Under the pieces are notes generated by a model. That model saw only the letters and a list, made by a program, of their open reading frames with translations. It had not been told where the DNA came from and searched no databases. From NCBI GenBank assembly GCA_963769935.1, contig CAVYNY010000021.1:97331-161330 (forward strand): DNA of 64,000 nucleotides, read 5' to 3'. Origin of the DNA: an uncultured delta proteobacterium. GTDB taxonomy: Bacteria > Desulfobacterota > Desulfobacteria > Desulfobacterales > JAFDCJ01. Below are positions 10,141 to 20,399 of the stretch, piece by piece. The translations under genes and the position numbers were made by a program. Each line of letters begins with the position of its first letter. The first letter of the stretch is position 1.

Positions 10141-11121
10141 TTAATTATTGCCTCCATTCTTGTGATGCAGAGCGGCGATTTCAACGGCGCGGTTGCCTTT
10201 AATGATGCCCGGAAAACCGAGAAACTTGGGTATGTGCTCAACGGTCATGGTTACCAGATCTTCCGGCCCTGTATCAAGCTGGATGACGTCATCGACTTGA
10301 AGATCCAACAGGTCCTTGACACTGCGGGTGGTGACACCCAGTTCCGCAATGAGGGTTACCGGTGTATCCTGCAATAAGGCTTCCAATTGCTCCGCCCAGG
10401 TGTGTCCCATGTCTTTTTCGCGCAAATACTTTGAAGACAGCTTGTCTTTGATCGGCTCCAGCATCAGATATGGGATACAGATATGAAGATTGCCCGCAAA
10501 TTCCTGGCCTTTGACAGCGAAGACGATTACAACCATCAGATCATTGGGTGAAGCCAGGTGGACGAACTCGGGCTTGATTTCAGTTTTTTTCAGATTTACG
10601 TCGATGACATCAACTATTTTCCAGGCTTTTTGCAGATTCGCCAATACCTCCAGGGAAAATTTGCGCATCATCCGCTGCTCGATCAGGGTAAATTCCCGCA
10701 TACGCTCGGTCGGTTTGCCGTCTCCACCAAACATGCAGTCAATCAAAGAATATACAAGCTTGGGTTCAATCGCCAGCATGGCCGATCCGATGAGCGGATC
10801 CATGGAAAAAATTGTAAAACTTGTCGGGTTCGAAAAAGCGCTGATGCATTCAATGTACTTCACCATTTCGGTGGAGACAAACTCCACCTCGATGGAGCGC
10901 TGCAGGAAGCCCGTAAACGATGTGGCCAGCAGCCGTGCCAATTTGTCATATACTTCTTCCAAAGCATGAAATTGATCTCTCAACATTATGTTTTGGGAAG
11001 TCAGGTTATAAGGAGTTATTTCTGCTTCAGATCTTGCATCCTCCTCAAGATCGACCTCTCCTTTATCCATTGCCGAAAGGAGGGCATCGATTTCTTCTTG
11101 AGTTAATATCTGATCGGACAT
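10141..11121 (-). CDS. fliM: Motor switch protein FliM
   Basis: N-terminal CheY-binding ILTQEEIDALL; MFGG; REFTLIEQR; ICIPYLMLEPIKDKL. Confidence 0.97.
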   Translation of the reverse strand: MSDQILTQEEIDALLSAMDKGEVDLEEDARSEAEITPYNLTSQNIMLRDQFHALEEVYDKLARLLATSFTGFLQRSIEVEFVSTEMVKYIECISAFSNPTSFTIFSMDPLIGSAMLAIEPKLVYSLIDCMFGGDGKPTERMREFTLIEQRMMRKFSLEVLANLQKAWKIVDVIDVNLKKTEIKPEFVHLASPNDLMVVIVFAVKGQEFAGNLHICIPYLMLEPIKDKLSSKYLREKDMGHTWAEQLEALLQDTPVTLIAELGVTTRSVKDLLDLQVDDVIQLDTGPEDLVTMTVEHIPKFLGFPGIIKGNRAVEIAALHHKNGGNN

Positions 11122-11132
11122 ACCGGCTGCCT

Positions 11133-11600
11133 TTACTGAACCACGAATTCTTTAAAATAGATGTTGGTTATCTTACCTGAGGTGAGTAAGCTATTCAGCT
11201 TTTCCAGGATTTCATCCCTGAGTCCGGTTTTACCTTCTACGGAGCTGATGTCTTCAAAGCGTTTGGAAGGCAGAATCATCAAAATGCTGTCCCGGATCTG
11301 GGGCATTCTTTTATTGATCTCGTCTTGCAGTTCGGATTTCCCCAGTTCCAAGTCCATGGTCACCCGCAGGTAGCGATTGCCGCCTTTATCCGCCAGATTC
11401 ACGATAAATGTTTCCAGTGAACAGATCGGGCCCAGCAGCTGTTCCGGGTTGTTTTCCGGGGCGGGGTCTGTGCCTGCATTGGCGGCACTCTGCACACTCA
11501 ATTCGGAGAGTTTATTCCACATCATATACAGGCCGCCGCCCATGCCAAGCATAAACACCATCAGAACACCAATGAGCAAAAAGAGAACTTTATTTGACAT
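11133..11600 (-). CDS. fliL: Flagellar basal-body protein FliL
   Basis: N-terminal TM helix; FIVNLADKGGNRYLRV, PQIRDSIL, IYFKEFVVQ. Confidence 0.95.
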   Translation of the reverse strand: MSNKVLFLLIGVLMVFMLGMGGGLYMMWNKLSELSVQSAANAGTDPAPENNPEQLLGPICSLETFIVNLADKGGNRYLRVTMDLELGKSELQDEINKRMPQIRDSILMILPSKRFEDISSVEGKTGLRDEILEKLNSLLTSGKITNIYFKEFVVQ

Positions 11601-11601
11601 T

Positions 11602-12342
11602 TTACTTCTCACCTTCCGTTACAAGAACGATTTCCACCCGCCGGTTTCTGGCACGATTGGCCGCTGAATCGTTGGGAGCCAACGGTCTTGATTCACCGTA
11701 ACCAACTGCGGAAAGCCTTTGAGGATTGATTTTACCGATATCGACTAAATATTTTACGACACTGACGGCCCTGGCTGTGGACAGATCCCAGTTCGATGGG
11801 AAGCGGTGGGTATGAATGGGCACGTTATCCGTATGGCCTTCAACCCGCACCAGGCAGGAAATTTTTTGAACCATGGCCGCGATTTTATCCAGGAAGGCCA
11901 AACCGCTTGAATTGATTTCGGCCTTCCCGAAATCGAAAAGCAACGCATCTTCAAATGAAATGCGCGCCTCCTGATTCGCATAGGTAACGTTAATACCGGG
12001 ATCGGCGGCGAGCTCGCCCAGTGCATCGTCAATGGCGTCCATCGTGTCTTCTCCCTCGCCGGGTGTCGTCTCGCCTTGTCCCTGGGTCCGTGGGCCGTCA
12101 ACGGAGACGAGTGGCTGGGAATCGTTTACCGCAATGGACACTTTTGAGCCGGCCGCCAAAACCCCCAGCCCGCTTTGCAGGGCATTCTGAAATTCCTTCA
12201 TCATATTTTTGTCGGTTGACCCCATTGTAAAAAGCAGCACAAAAAAAACCATCAGCAAGGTGACCAGATCGTTGAAGGTGGTCAGCCATCCGGATCGGTT
12301 GCCGGAATCTTCCACAGGCCGCACCAAGTTCTTAAGGCTCAT
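11602..12342 (-). CDS. motB: Stator protein MotB (copy 2, canonical Asp present)
   Basis: WLTTFNDLVTLLMVFFVLL TM motif; OmpA-like domain VEGHTDN, SNWDLSTARA, GYGESRP, NRARNRRVEI. Confidence 0.93.
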   Translation of the reverse strand: MSLKNLVRPVEDSGNRSGWLTTFNDLVTLLMVFFVLLFTMGSTDKNMMKEFQNALQSGLGVLAAGSKVSIAVNDSQPLVSVDGPRTQGQGETTPGEGEDTMDAIDDALGELAADPGINVTYANQEARISFEDALLFDFGKAEINSSGLAFLDKIAAMVQKISCLVRVEGHTDNVPIHTHRFPSNWDLSTARAVSVVKYLVDIGKINPQRLSAVGYGESRPLAPNDSAANRARNRRVEIVLVTEGEK

Positions 12343-13079
12343 GGGCTGCCTCCGTCGGAACGCCTTTTGGATCGGTATTCAGAAAAATGATCTCGACTCT
12401 GCGGTTTTGGGCCCGGTTTTCAATGCTGTCGTTGGGGGCTACCGGATGATACTCGGCGAATCCTTCGGCGGAAAGCCGCCGACTTGAAATACCGCAGGTT
12501 TCGATGAAATACCGCAACACCGTCACTGCCCGGGCGGTGGACAGTTCCCAGTTCGATGGGTAGCGTGCAGTTTTGATCGGCACATCGTCCGTGTGTCCCT
12601 CGACCCGCACCTCGTACGGGCTGCCGGCAATGATGGCACCGACCTTTTTCAGCAGCGGGATGGCCTTCGGTGAAATGTCGGCCATTCCGATATCGAACAG
12701 GGCGTGATCCGACAAACGCATTACCAACCCTCTGGGGAGAAAAGGCGACCGCGATGTCTTGCTCGAGACCACGATGTTCGGCCAGGCTTTTTAATTTTTC
12801 ATAGATGTGTGCCAGCTGGCTCTTGCGATTCACGATATCGGCGGACGTAGGCACGATAATGCTGCCGTCGTCAATTTTCATGCCTCCAGGCAGAATGCTG
12901 ACGGAATTCACGAATGACTTCACAAATCGCATGACTTTTGCTCCCTCGATGCTCGAAAAGGAACTGAGCATAATGAAGAAGCAAAGCAAAATCATAGCGA
13001 AGCCGGAATATATAACTTCCCAGCCGCCGGCCGAGCCTTCATCACCGTCTGCGCTGTTTTTTTTCCTGAAATTCTTCAT
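12332..13079 (-). CDS. motB: Stator protein MotB-like (copy 1, TM Asp replaced by Gly), with one frameshift near 12734-12737
   Basis: N-part WEVIYSGFAMILLCFFIML; removing one base of the GGGG run at 12734-12737 joins it (..FSPRGLVMRLSD..) to an OmpA-like domain with VEGHTDD, SNWELSTARA, NRAQNRRVEI. Confidence 0.85.
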
Positions 13080-13133
13080 GGCTTCATCGCGGATCACCCG
13101 CTGCTCTAAAGGCCCTTGGTTGCGATTCCATTC

Positions 13134-13913
13134 CTAGGCGTTGGCCGGCTCCAGATCGACTGTCGGGCGTGCTTTAGGGGCAATAAACGCCTTCAGCTTT
13201 TGTTCGACTACCCGGTGATTGTCACCGGATTGAATTGACAGAACGCCTTGGAGCACCATTTGCTTAACCAGTATTTCCTGTTTGCTGCGGGTTTTTAATT
13301 TTCCCGCAATTGGGATAAACACTAGATTGGCCAGGATTGTGCCGTAAAAGGTGGTCAAGAGCGCCACCGCCATCGGGGCACCGATCTGACTGGGATCTGC
13401 CATCTGCATCAGCATCTGGACCAGACCGATGATAGTTCCCAACATGCCGATCGCCGGGGCGAACCCCCCCATCGTGGTGAAGATTTCCGACCCCAGACGG
13501 TGCCGCTCTTCCAGGTAAATGATTTCCGTAACCATGACATCTTCGATGGCACTGGATTCCATGCCGTCTATTGCCATCTGAATTCCCTGAACCAGGAAGG
13601 GGTCTTCAATATTTTCCAGCTGCGATTCGAAGGAGAGAATCCCCTCCTGGCGCGCCTTTTTGGCAAATCCGGTAATCAGAGGAATAAGCTCGCTGACGGA
13701 GTGGGACTTGTGCATGAATGCATGTTTGGCAACCTTGAAAACACTCAATACATCTGCCAACGGATACGCCAGCAAAGTGGCGCCCATGGTACCGCCGAAT
13801 ACAATCATCAACGAGGGTGTATTGATAAACCAGGTCCCATCTCCGCCCATCATGATGGAGACAATCACCAAACCAAATGAAATTATGATCCCGACCAGGG
13901 TTGCTATATCCAA
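13134..13913 (-). CDS. motA: Stator protein MotA/PomA
   Basis: ARQEGILSFE, FAPAIGMLGTIIGLVQML, MAVALLTTFYG; AAGGAG RBS 7 nt before TTG at 13913. Confidence 0.96.
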   Translation of the reverse strand: MDIATLVGIIISFGLVIVSIMMGGDGTWFINTPSLMIVFGGTMGATLLAYPLADVLSVFKVAKHAFMHKSHSVSELIPLITGFAKKARQEGILSFESQLENIEDPFLVQGIQMAIDGMESSAIEDVMVTEIIYLEERHRLGSEIFTTMGGFAPAIGMLGTIIGLVQMLMQMADPSQIGAPMAVALLTTFYGTILANLVFIPIAGKLKTRSKQEILVKQMVLQGVLSIQSGDNHRVVEQKLKAFIAPKARPTVDLEPANA

Positions 13914-13966
13914 CCGCAAACTCCTTTGGATGCCAAATTAATGGAAATTATTGTTATGTTATGGTA

Positions 13967-13981
13967 GCAAGTATTGTGCCA
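13967..13981 (-). promoter_or_regulatory. Sigma54 (-24/-12) promoter of the motA...fliA operon
   Basis: Minus strand TGGCAC-AATAC-TTGC, a perfect consensus, ~55 nt upstream of motA. Confidence 0.85.
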
Positions 13982-14235
13982 CAGAATGGCGCGCCTTGAT
14001 CTCAAAACTGTTCGTGGCCTTCAACCGCCGGGACGGTTGAACTCTATGAAATAAAATGAAAAAAATCGTGAACGGCAGTTTGGTGATCAGACACGGTTCG
14101 GGTGCAGGCACAACCGGCACCGGGCAGCGGGCTGCCGGTTGGGGGGCAGGCGTCAATTTTAGCAGTTGTTAGTCAACTCTTTGACGACAAAACAAAAGTA
14201 TCAAATGGGAAAATTGGCGAATCTTGTCCGGCCGG

Positions 14236-14469
14236 TCAGCGGGCACCCGGCTGCAGGCTCTGGTCGGTATCGGCGTCGTCCGCCAAATGGCAATTGATAG
14301 CGCGCTGGTAGTCCGCGATGCGCTGGGATATCTCCTCTACCGGCTCTTTGACCATGATTTTATCATGGTTGGTAAATGTAATGACCGTGTCCGGCGTTGC
14401 CTGCAGGGATTGTATTTTTTCGACATTGATTACCATCACGGAATCGTTTAAACGGGTTACCTTAATCAT
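14236..14469 (-). CDS. flbD: Flagellar FlbD/SwrD-family protein
   Basis: MIKVTRLND...INVEKIQSLQATPDTVITFTN..KIMVKE; typical position between flgE and motA. Confidence 0.9.
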   Translation of the reverse strand: MIKVTRLNDSVMVINVEKIQSLQATPDTVITFTNHDKIMVKEPVEEISQRIADYQRAINCHLADDADTDQSLQPGAR

Positions 14470-14562
14470 GTCTATCCACCTTCTTTCTTGAGAAAACATG
14501 CTGGCCATAGATGAAAGGTTTCAGTGTTCAGGTTTCAGTGTTCAGGGTCACGATCGATGGTC

Positions 14563-14769
14563 CTGACACCTGAAACCTCATATGAAACTTCATTAAATTC
14601 GATGCGATTTTTATGAAGTGTCTCACCGCTGAGAGCGCAGAGAGCGCTGAGATTAATTAACATTTTCTTCCTCGGCGGTCTCTGCGGGCTCTGCGGTGAA
14701 CTATTCTGTTTCTTTTTTGATCAGACCGGCCGTTATTTTGGCCGGCGGCCGAGCTGACACCTGAAACCT
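14563..14769 (+). repeat. Composite MITE/REP-like intergenic element, copy A
   Basis: CTGACACCTGAAACCT at both ends; TCATATGAAACT left end; internal CACCGC.GAG...CTCTGCGGTG palindrome; 14718-14769 identical to 19788-19839. Confidence 0.75.
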
Positions 14770-14796
14770 CAAGATAAGACCTAAAACCCCTTCCTT

Positions 14797-14811
14797 GCTT
14801 TAACAGTGCCA
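14797..14811 (-). promoter_or_regulatory. Possible weaker sigma54 promoter for flbD
   Basis: TGGCAC-TGTTA-AAGC: GG/GC spacing correct but the -12 TT is mismatched. Confidence 0.35.
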
Positions 14812-14845
14812 GTTCTTATAGATGCATGCCATTAAAGCGGATTAA

Positions 14846-16077
14846 TTATCGTTTAATATTGATCAGCTCATTCAGGATTTCATCACTGGTGGTGATCACC
14901 CGGGAATTGGCCTGAAACGCTCGCTGGGTGGTGATCATCTTGACGAACTCCTGCGCCAGGTCGATGTTGGACATTTCAATGGCACCGGGGGAGACCGAAC
15001 CCAGCCGACCATTCCCGGCAACTCCCGGCATCGGCTGCCCGGACTCCAGAGATTCGGCATAGAGGTTCTTTCCCAGTTTGCTCAACCCATCGTAGCTGGG
15101 AAAATCGGCCAGCGCTATCTGGTAGGTCGGGGTCAGTTGGCCGTTGGAATACGCAGCGGTGACCACACCGGCTTCATCTACCGATATGCCCCGCAGCACG
15201 CCGGAAGCATATCCGTCCTGGTACTGGAAGGTCGTGCTGGACGGTGATGAATATCCGGTGACATCTCCAAGGCTTGTGCCGCCGGCATCGAACAGATCCC
15301 AGGTGAGTGTCTGTGGCGTGGCCGCCCCGTTGGCCATGGTAATGGATAAGGTTTGATCGGCCGCCGGTGCTGTTAAATTGCCGGCGCTCGTCAAAGGTAA
15401 GCGCTGCCGTTGATGCGCCACCAATTGTAGCCGGACCGTTGGGCGAAGGAACGGAGGCCGCCACCGACCAGCTTTGCGCGGCGGCCTGTTTGGTAAAGGT
15501 CAGGGTCAAGGGAATGGCATTGCCCAGGGAGTCAAAAATCGACTGGGAAGTCGAATAGGTGCCATTGGTTGCGGTCTGTGAATCCAAGTTGAGGTCGAAT
15601 GTAAACTCTGTTGTGGCGGACGGCGGAGAGATCCGTTCTCCGGGAATGCTGACGGTCGGTAAGATTTCCCAGATTGCCGCTGCTGTCGATCTCGTAGCCC
15701 TGAACATTCATTCCGTCCGGATTGACCATATCGCCGGCATCATTCAGATAAAACTGCCCGGCCCGGGTATAGAAGTTGGAGCCGCTGTCATCCTGCACGA
15801 TAAAAAACCCTTGCCGTTGATGGCCAGATCGGTGGGGTTGCTTGTAGTTTTCCAGCGACCCCTGGGTCCACAGCGGACTGGTACCCCAAAATTCGACGCC
15901 CCGGCCAATACCGCTGCTGAGCGAACCGCCCAGGGATTGACTTAATACATTGGCAAACATGGACCGGTTGGCCTTAAATGCGGTGGTGTTGACATTGGCG
16001 ATATTGTCGCCGATGACCGTCATGGCGGTCGAGTTGGCATTGAGGCCTGAAATTCCTGCAAACAATGATCCTATCAT
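14846..16077 (-). CDS. flgE: Flagellar hook protein FlgE (several single-base frameshifts, ~15390-15850)
   Basis: MIGSLFAGISGLNANSTAMTVIGDNIANVNTTAFK at 16077 with GGAGG RBS; YTRAGQF; C-terminal EMSNIDLAQEFVKMITTQRAFQANSRVITTSDEILNELINIKR. Confidence 0.92.
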
Positions 16078-16079
16078 TT

Positions 16080-16842
16080 TTATTTTCCTCCATTGATTAA
16101 AGGGGTTGATAGACTGTGGATGCCGGGTCGATCCGAATCGGATGCGGAGAGGTCCGCCAGCCGCCGCATTTTCAAGGGCAACCTCAACCACATCTCCCAG
16201 GGCAATTTTTTGGCTGCCGGAGATCAAAAAGGATGCATTATTCTCAAATGTCACTTTATCCACGGTGCCGGTGTAAAAAGTTGTGGCATCAATGTCCTTG
16301 CCATTGATATCCGCAGCCATAATTTCAAAGGTATAATTGCCGTCGGGCGCCCGATTGCCGTTTTTATCGGTGCCGTCCCACGACAGGGAATTCTGACCGG
16401 CGGTCAAATTCGGGCTTTCAATGGCCTTAACAAATTCGCCGCTACTGTCATAAACATTGGCCACAACCAGGGCGGCGTCATCCGCCAGTTTGAAATTACA
16501 TTCGACCGGATCGTCGGCGGTTAGCTTAATAAAATTGCCGTTGGCGGTGATTGTTTTGCCGATCAGTGAGACGGCCTGGGAATTGTTGATGGATGCTTGA
16601 AAATTTTTCAATTCCAGCAAGTTGTCATTGACATTGCTCAACTGCTCCAGCGAACTGAATTGGGCCAGCTGAGAAGTAAACTCAGTACTGTCGGTCGGAT
16701 TCAGCGGATCCTGGTTCTGCAGCTGGGTAATCAGAAGATTTAAAAAGTCATCCTTATTCAATACTTTTGACGGCAGAGCGGTAAGCTGGGTACCGCCGGA
16801 AGCGCCTGCATTTAATGCCTCGGTTATCATACTGGGTTTCAC
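16080..16842 (-). CDS. flgD: Hook capping protein FlgD (a frameshift near 16160 hides its stop)
   Basis: LNKDDFLNLLITQLQNQDPLNPTDSTEFTSQLAQFSSLEQL, WDGTDKNGNRAPDGNYTF; a one-base correction ends the gene at TAA 16082-16080, just before the flgE ATG. Confidence 0.92.
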
Positions 16843-16936
16843 CTCACATGGTTAAAGTTAACTAATCCGCCCTGAAAGATAGTACATTCAGAGTTGTAAA
16901 TTGTTCTTTGAAAACTGAAGCAAGAGAAGCCACCGC

Positions 16937-18769
16937 TCAGGCAAAATAATCAACTGTTGTGGCGCTGCCTATCGTGCGCCGCAGCTGCCGCCTACCCTGC
17001 GGCAAGTCCCGGCCGGGGTGTCCTTGTTTGCCGTTATCAGCGACGCTCTGCCGCATCCTCATTCCGGCCAGCCTATCTTTGGGATTGCCGGATCCATCCG
17101 AGTCATGGGAAACCGTCACTTCCAATTTATCGATATTCAGGCCCTGGTGCTGCAAGTCGGCTTTCAGCTGGTGGGCATTGTTTTGGATCATATCCTTCAC
17201 GAATCCGTGTTCAGTCAGGATTCTTACCGTGACCTGATGATTTTCAGAGATAACCTGCATGCGGATATGACCGAGATATTCCGGCTTGAGATCGATTTGG
17301 GCTTCATGCTGTCCGTTTCTCAGATGAATCGCGGCCTTTTGTACGATCTGGTCCAAAGTCTGGGTTTTAAGATCGCTGCGGTCGGGATCGGCTTCCTTTG
17401 GGAGTGATGTGGTTTCAGCGGGTTTTTCCATAGGAGGACTTTGAGGGTTCAGCAGGCCGGGATCATTTGTGCCGGCCTCGTTTTTGATGACCTTGCCGAC
17501 CGTCTCCTCCTTCATCCCGCTTGACACTTTAACATCTCCATCTTTGAGAGACTGGTCCTCCTGCAGCAACCGCGAAACCGATTCTTCGCCGGCTGTTGTC
17601 TGGCTTAAATCATTTGCAAGGCTGCCGGATTCCACCTTTATTCCAGCCGGCGCAGATTGTTTTGCGGGCTGGTTATCCACGGTTGATTCCGTATTGTTTG
17701 ACCGCAACTGATCCTGGGCGGTCGCCTTCTGATGGTCGGTTTCCACCCGGCTGTGGGCTTTGGCTTCACGCCCCAATTCCATCTCCTCTTTAGGGTTGGT
17801 GGTCTCCTTGGGCTTTTCATTGATTTGAGCCGAAGACGAGAGATTTTCAGGTGCCTCCTTTTCCGACTCCCCTAAGGCGCGGTGCTGCACTTCAGCTGCA
17901 AGGCCGGCATTTTCAGTGGGTTGAACCGGATCACCGGCCTTGGAATTGGCGATCAGATCAATTGAATCTGCCACCGGTTCAACGATGCTGCCGGCAGCTG
18001 CGGCAGTCGACTCAGATGGCTTGACATTCGGCCCCCTCTCATCTTCACTTATTCCGTCATCCTTGCTCTGATGAGCCGAGTCGGCGACAAGCTCCTTTAA
18101 CCATTGAAAAATCCGAGCTGAATCCTGCGATAGGTCAACAGGTTGGTCGTTGCCGGCATCTCCTGCCGGGGTGTTGCCCTCCAGCACTGCGGCAATGAAC
18201 TGCCGCAAGCGTTCAAAAGCGGCTTCCAGTTCGGCCGATGACACCAGTTCGTTTTGCTTCAACCGTGCCATCAGCGAATTCAGGACAGCTAAATCCTTAG
18301 CTTTCGCCGAATTGAGATCCACAAGATTTTCTCTGTCGGATCCTCCATCTGAACGATAAAAGCCCATTTGTTCCAGGACCTTGATAAAATCCATAAAATT
18401 AAGGATGGCCGGCGCTTGGTCAGACTCCGCCGCTCTACTTTCCTCCTGGGGCAGCGCAGATGTCGACATATCTTCGCTTAGCGCAGCGGTCGGTTCTGAA
18501 GTTTCATCCATTTTGTCTTCCGGCGCGGGTGCTTTGCTTTCAGAGCATTTGGCCCTGTTGATATTCGGCAATTTTTTCGTTCGATGAGAGTTCTGTGATA
18601 CGCTTCGCAGGGCTGCAAAAAAACTTTCACCCTCAGCTTTATTCCGTTCCCTGGTCGATTTGATCTTGGTTGAATGGACCGAGTCGGAAGGTCCTATCTT
18701 GTTTTTGTATATTCCGGATACCGGATTCTGGGGCACGGGCGGTGAAAAGAACAAATCAGTTGCCATCAT
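16937..18769 (-). CDS. fliK: Hook-length control protein FliK
   Basis: Long low-complexity N-terminal part; C-terminal AQIDLKPEYLGHIRMQV...LKADLQHQGLNIDKLEV; ends VDYFA; directly upstream of flgD. Confidence 0.9.
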   Translation of the reverse strand: MMATDLFFSPPVPQNPVSGIYKNKIGPSDSVHSTKIKSTRERNKAEGESFFAALRSVSQNSHRTKKLPNINRAKCSESKAPAPEDKMDETSEPTAALSEDMSTSALPQEESRAAESDQAPAILNFMDFIKVLEQMGFYRSDGGSDRENLVDLNSAKAKDLAVLNSLMARLKQNELVSSAELEAAFERLRQFIAAVLEGNTPAGDAGNDQPVDLSQDSARIFQWLKELVADSAHQSKDDGISEDERGPNVKPSESTAAAAGSIVEPVADSIDLIANSKAGDPVQPTENAGLAAEVQHRALGESEKEAPENLSSSAQINEKPKETTNPKEEMELGREAKAHSRVETDHQKATAQDQLRSNNTESTVDNQPAKQSAPAGIKVESGSLANDLSQTTAGEESVSRLLQEDQSLKDGDVKVSSGMKEETVGKVIKNEAGTNDPGLLNPQSPPMEKPAETTSLPKEADPDRSDLKTQTLDQIVQKAAIHLRNGQHEAQIDLKPEYLGHIRMQVISENHQVTVRILTEHGFVKDMIQNNAHQLKADLQHQGLNIDKLEVTVSHDSDGSGNPKDRLAGMRMRQSVADNGKQGHPGRDLPQGRRQLRRTIGSATTVDYFA

Positions 18770-18834
18770 TCAATTTCCTCAACGCTAAAAATAACTAGAA
18801 TAGTGTCCTTCTTCCAAAAGCAGCTGTTTTATTA

Positions 18835-18849
18835 GCATGGAGCATGCCA
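18835..18849 (-). promoter_or_regulatory. Probable sigma54 promoter of fliK-flgD-flgE
   Basis: TGGCAT-GCTCC-ATGC with correct spacing, ~65 nt upstream of fliK. Confidence 0.6.
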
Positions 18850-19053
18850 AACTTATAAAAAGCTGGTCCCTGCCCAACCGGCATTGCCTGAGGACGTATA
18901 ACCATCTTGAATATTATGATATTTAAAAATTGATGCTCGCAATGCCTGGCGGAAATCAACTGTGCGAAATTGATCGCCGGCTGCCTGGACGGCATCCCGG
19001 CAGGATTTCATGGGCAATATTTTCCCACGGGTGGCAAAGATTACCGATACTAG

Positions 19054-19290
19054 GGTTCAGATTTCGGGTGTCAGCCCAGCCGCCGGCCAAAACAACGGCC
19101 GGTCTGATCGAAAAAGAAACATAATAGTTCACCGCAGAGCCCGCCGCCTCTGGCCCATAGGGCCTACGCCCCGGTGGGAGAACGCCGAGAAAGAAAAGTT
19201 AAATTAATCTCTGCGCTCGCTGCGCTCTCTGCGGTGAGACACTTCGTAAAAATGGCATCGAATTTTAGGAAGTTTCATTTGAGGTGTCAG
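19054..19290 (-). repeat. Composite MITE/REP-like element, copy B (inverted)
   Basis: Reverse-complement matches to both ends of copy A; internal CACCGCAGAG...CTCTGCGGTG palindrome at 19129-19237. Confidence 0.7.
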
Positions 19291-19581
19291 AAGATAGAGG
19301 ACAAAGAGCAGAGGGTGGGAGGTTGGGAAGATGAGAAGCTGGGAAGGTGGGAGGGTGAGCGCTGCGCTTTAGGAGTGCTTCACTCAAGGAGCACTTCGTT
19401 TGAGGAAAAAAATTGGATAGTACTGGGTTTAAAGCCTTTTTTTCCTGTTTAGCCGGGCCAATCAACTCAACAAACTCAATAAACCCTATAAACTCAACAA
19501 ACCCGCAACCCGTAACTCGCAACCTGCAACTCTCAACTCGCACCCCCTGAAATCCGCTGCTTATGGCTTGCTCCTCGCAGC

Positions 19582-19839
19582 CTGACACCTCATATGAAAC
19601 TACATCTCACACAGAGCGCTCAGAGATCACAGAGATCTGGGTTTACAGGCGCCTGCGGCGAAAGAAAAATGTTCTCTGCGGTCTCTGTGAGCTCTAACGG
19701 CTTGTCGGGTCGTAGCTCGAAGAGCGAAGCCTGAAAGTGGGCGTGATATTAAATCCAACTGTGTCCGATTTCCAAAAGTTTCTTTTATGATCAGACCGGC
19801 CGTTATTTTGGCCGGCGGCCGAGCTGACACCTGAAACCT
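19582..19839 (+). repeat. Composite MITE/REP-like element, copy C
   Basis: CTGACACCTCATATGAAACT ... GATCAGACCGGCCGTTATTTTGGCCGGCGGCCGAGCTGACACCTGAAACCT; internal CACAGAG...CTCTGTG palindrome. Confidence 0.75.
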
Positions 19840-19843
19840 TGCT

Positions 19844-20281
19844 TTACATCTTCCGTGCATGCCGGGTTGTCGCCACTTCATCCATGAATTTGCGTTCGTC
19901 CTGCATCATTTTTTTCTGATTGGCCAACCAATCCTTTTCCTTGAGTTTTTCCAGAGTCTTGCGCTTTTTCATGATGCCGATCAATTCATTGCGCTTTTGG
20001 TTGACCTTGTTAGCGGCTTGACGCACGCATGGGACCTGCTCTTCGATCTTCTTTGACAGCTGCGCGATGTAATTCATATACAGGATGATATCAGAGACAC
20101 TGATACTCTCTTTTTGTCTGGCCTGCAGCTTTATAATATTTTCACGTTTCAGCTGTTTCCTGTGGTTCAGCTTTTCCTGCTCTTCGGCGAGTTTTCGCTG
20201 GCATCGGGCCAGCTCTTTTTGACACATCTCTTCCTGATGACGACGATGGTTGAGAAGTGCTTCCAGTTTGAATCGATACAT
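19844..20281 (-). CDS. fliJ: Flagellar export protein FliJ
   Basis: MYRFKLEALLNHR...KTLEKLKEK...ERKFMDEVA; follows fliI. Confidence 0.92.
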   Translation of the reverse strand: MYRFKLEALLNHRRHQEEMCQKELARCQRKLAEEQEKLNHRKQLKRENIIKLQARQKESISVSDIILYMNYIAQLSKKIEEQVPCVRQAANKVNQKRNELIGIMKKRKTLEKLKEKDWLANQKKMMQDERKFMDEVATTRHARKM

Positions 20282-20288
20282 ACGTATA

Positions 20289-20365
20289 GGGTTTCAGGTG
20301 TCAGGTTTCAGGTGTCAGGCCAACCGCAGGCCGCAGAAGAGTCCAGTTTGATCAAAAAAGAAACT
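20289..20365 (-). repeat. Partial diverged copy D of the composite element, between fliI and fliJ
   Basis: GGTTTCAGGTGTCAGGTTTCAGGTGTCAG...TTTGATCAAAAAAGAAAC. Confidence 0.6.
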
Positions 20366-20399
20366 TATGGTTCGATATTCGATATTCAGCGATTCGCTA

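Noticed and set aside
13982..14230. c-di-GMP riboswitch upstream of motA (also sought before flgB, fliK and flagellin)
   Set aside because: GC-rich hairpins exist, but I could not find the GEMM core motifs by eye. An Infernal scan would be decisive.
15532..16842. Apparent 436-aa FlgD-FlgE fusion ORF
   Set aside because: flgE has its own GGAGG RBS and ATG at 16077. Removing one base near 16160 ends flgD at a TAA just upstream, and the region has several other indels.
18795..19881. Short ORFs between fliK and fliJ
   Set aside because: They are translations of repeat elements and low-complexity arrays.
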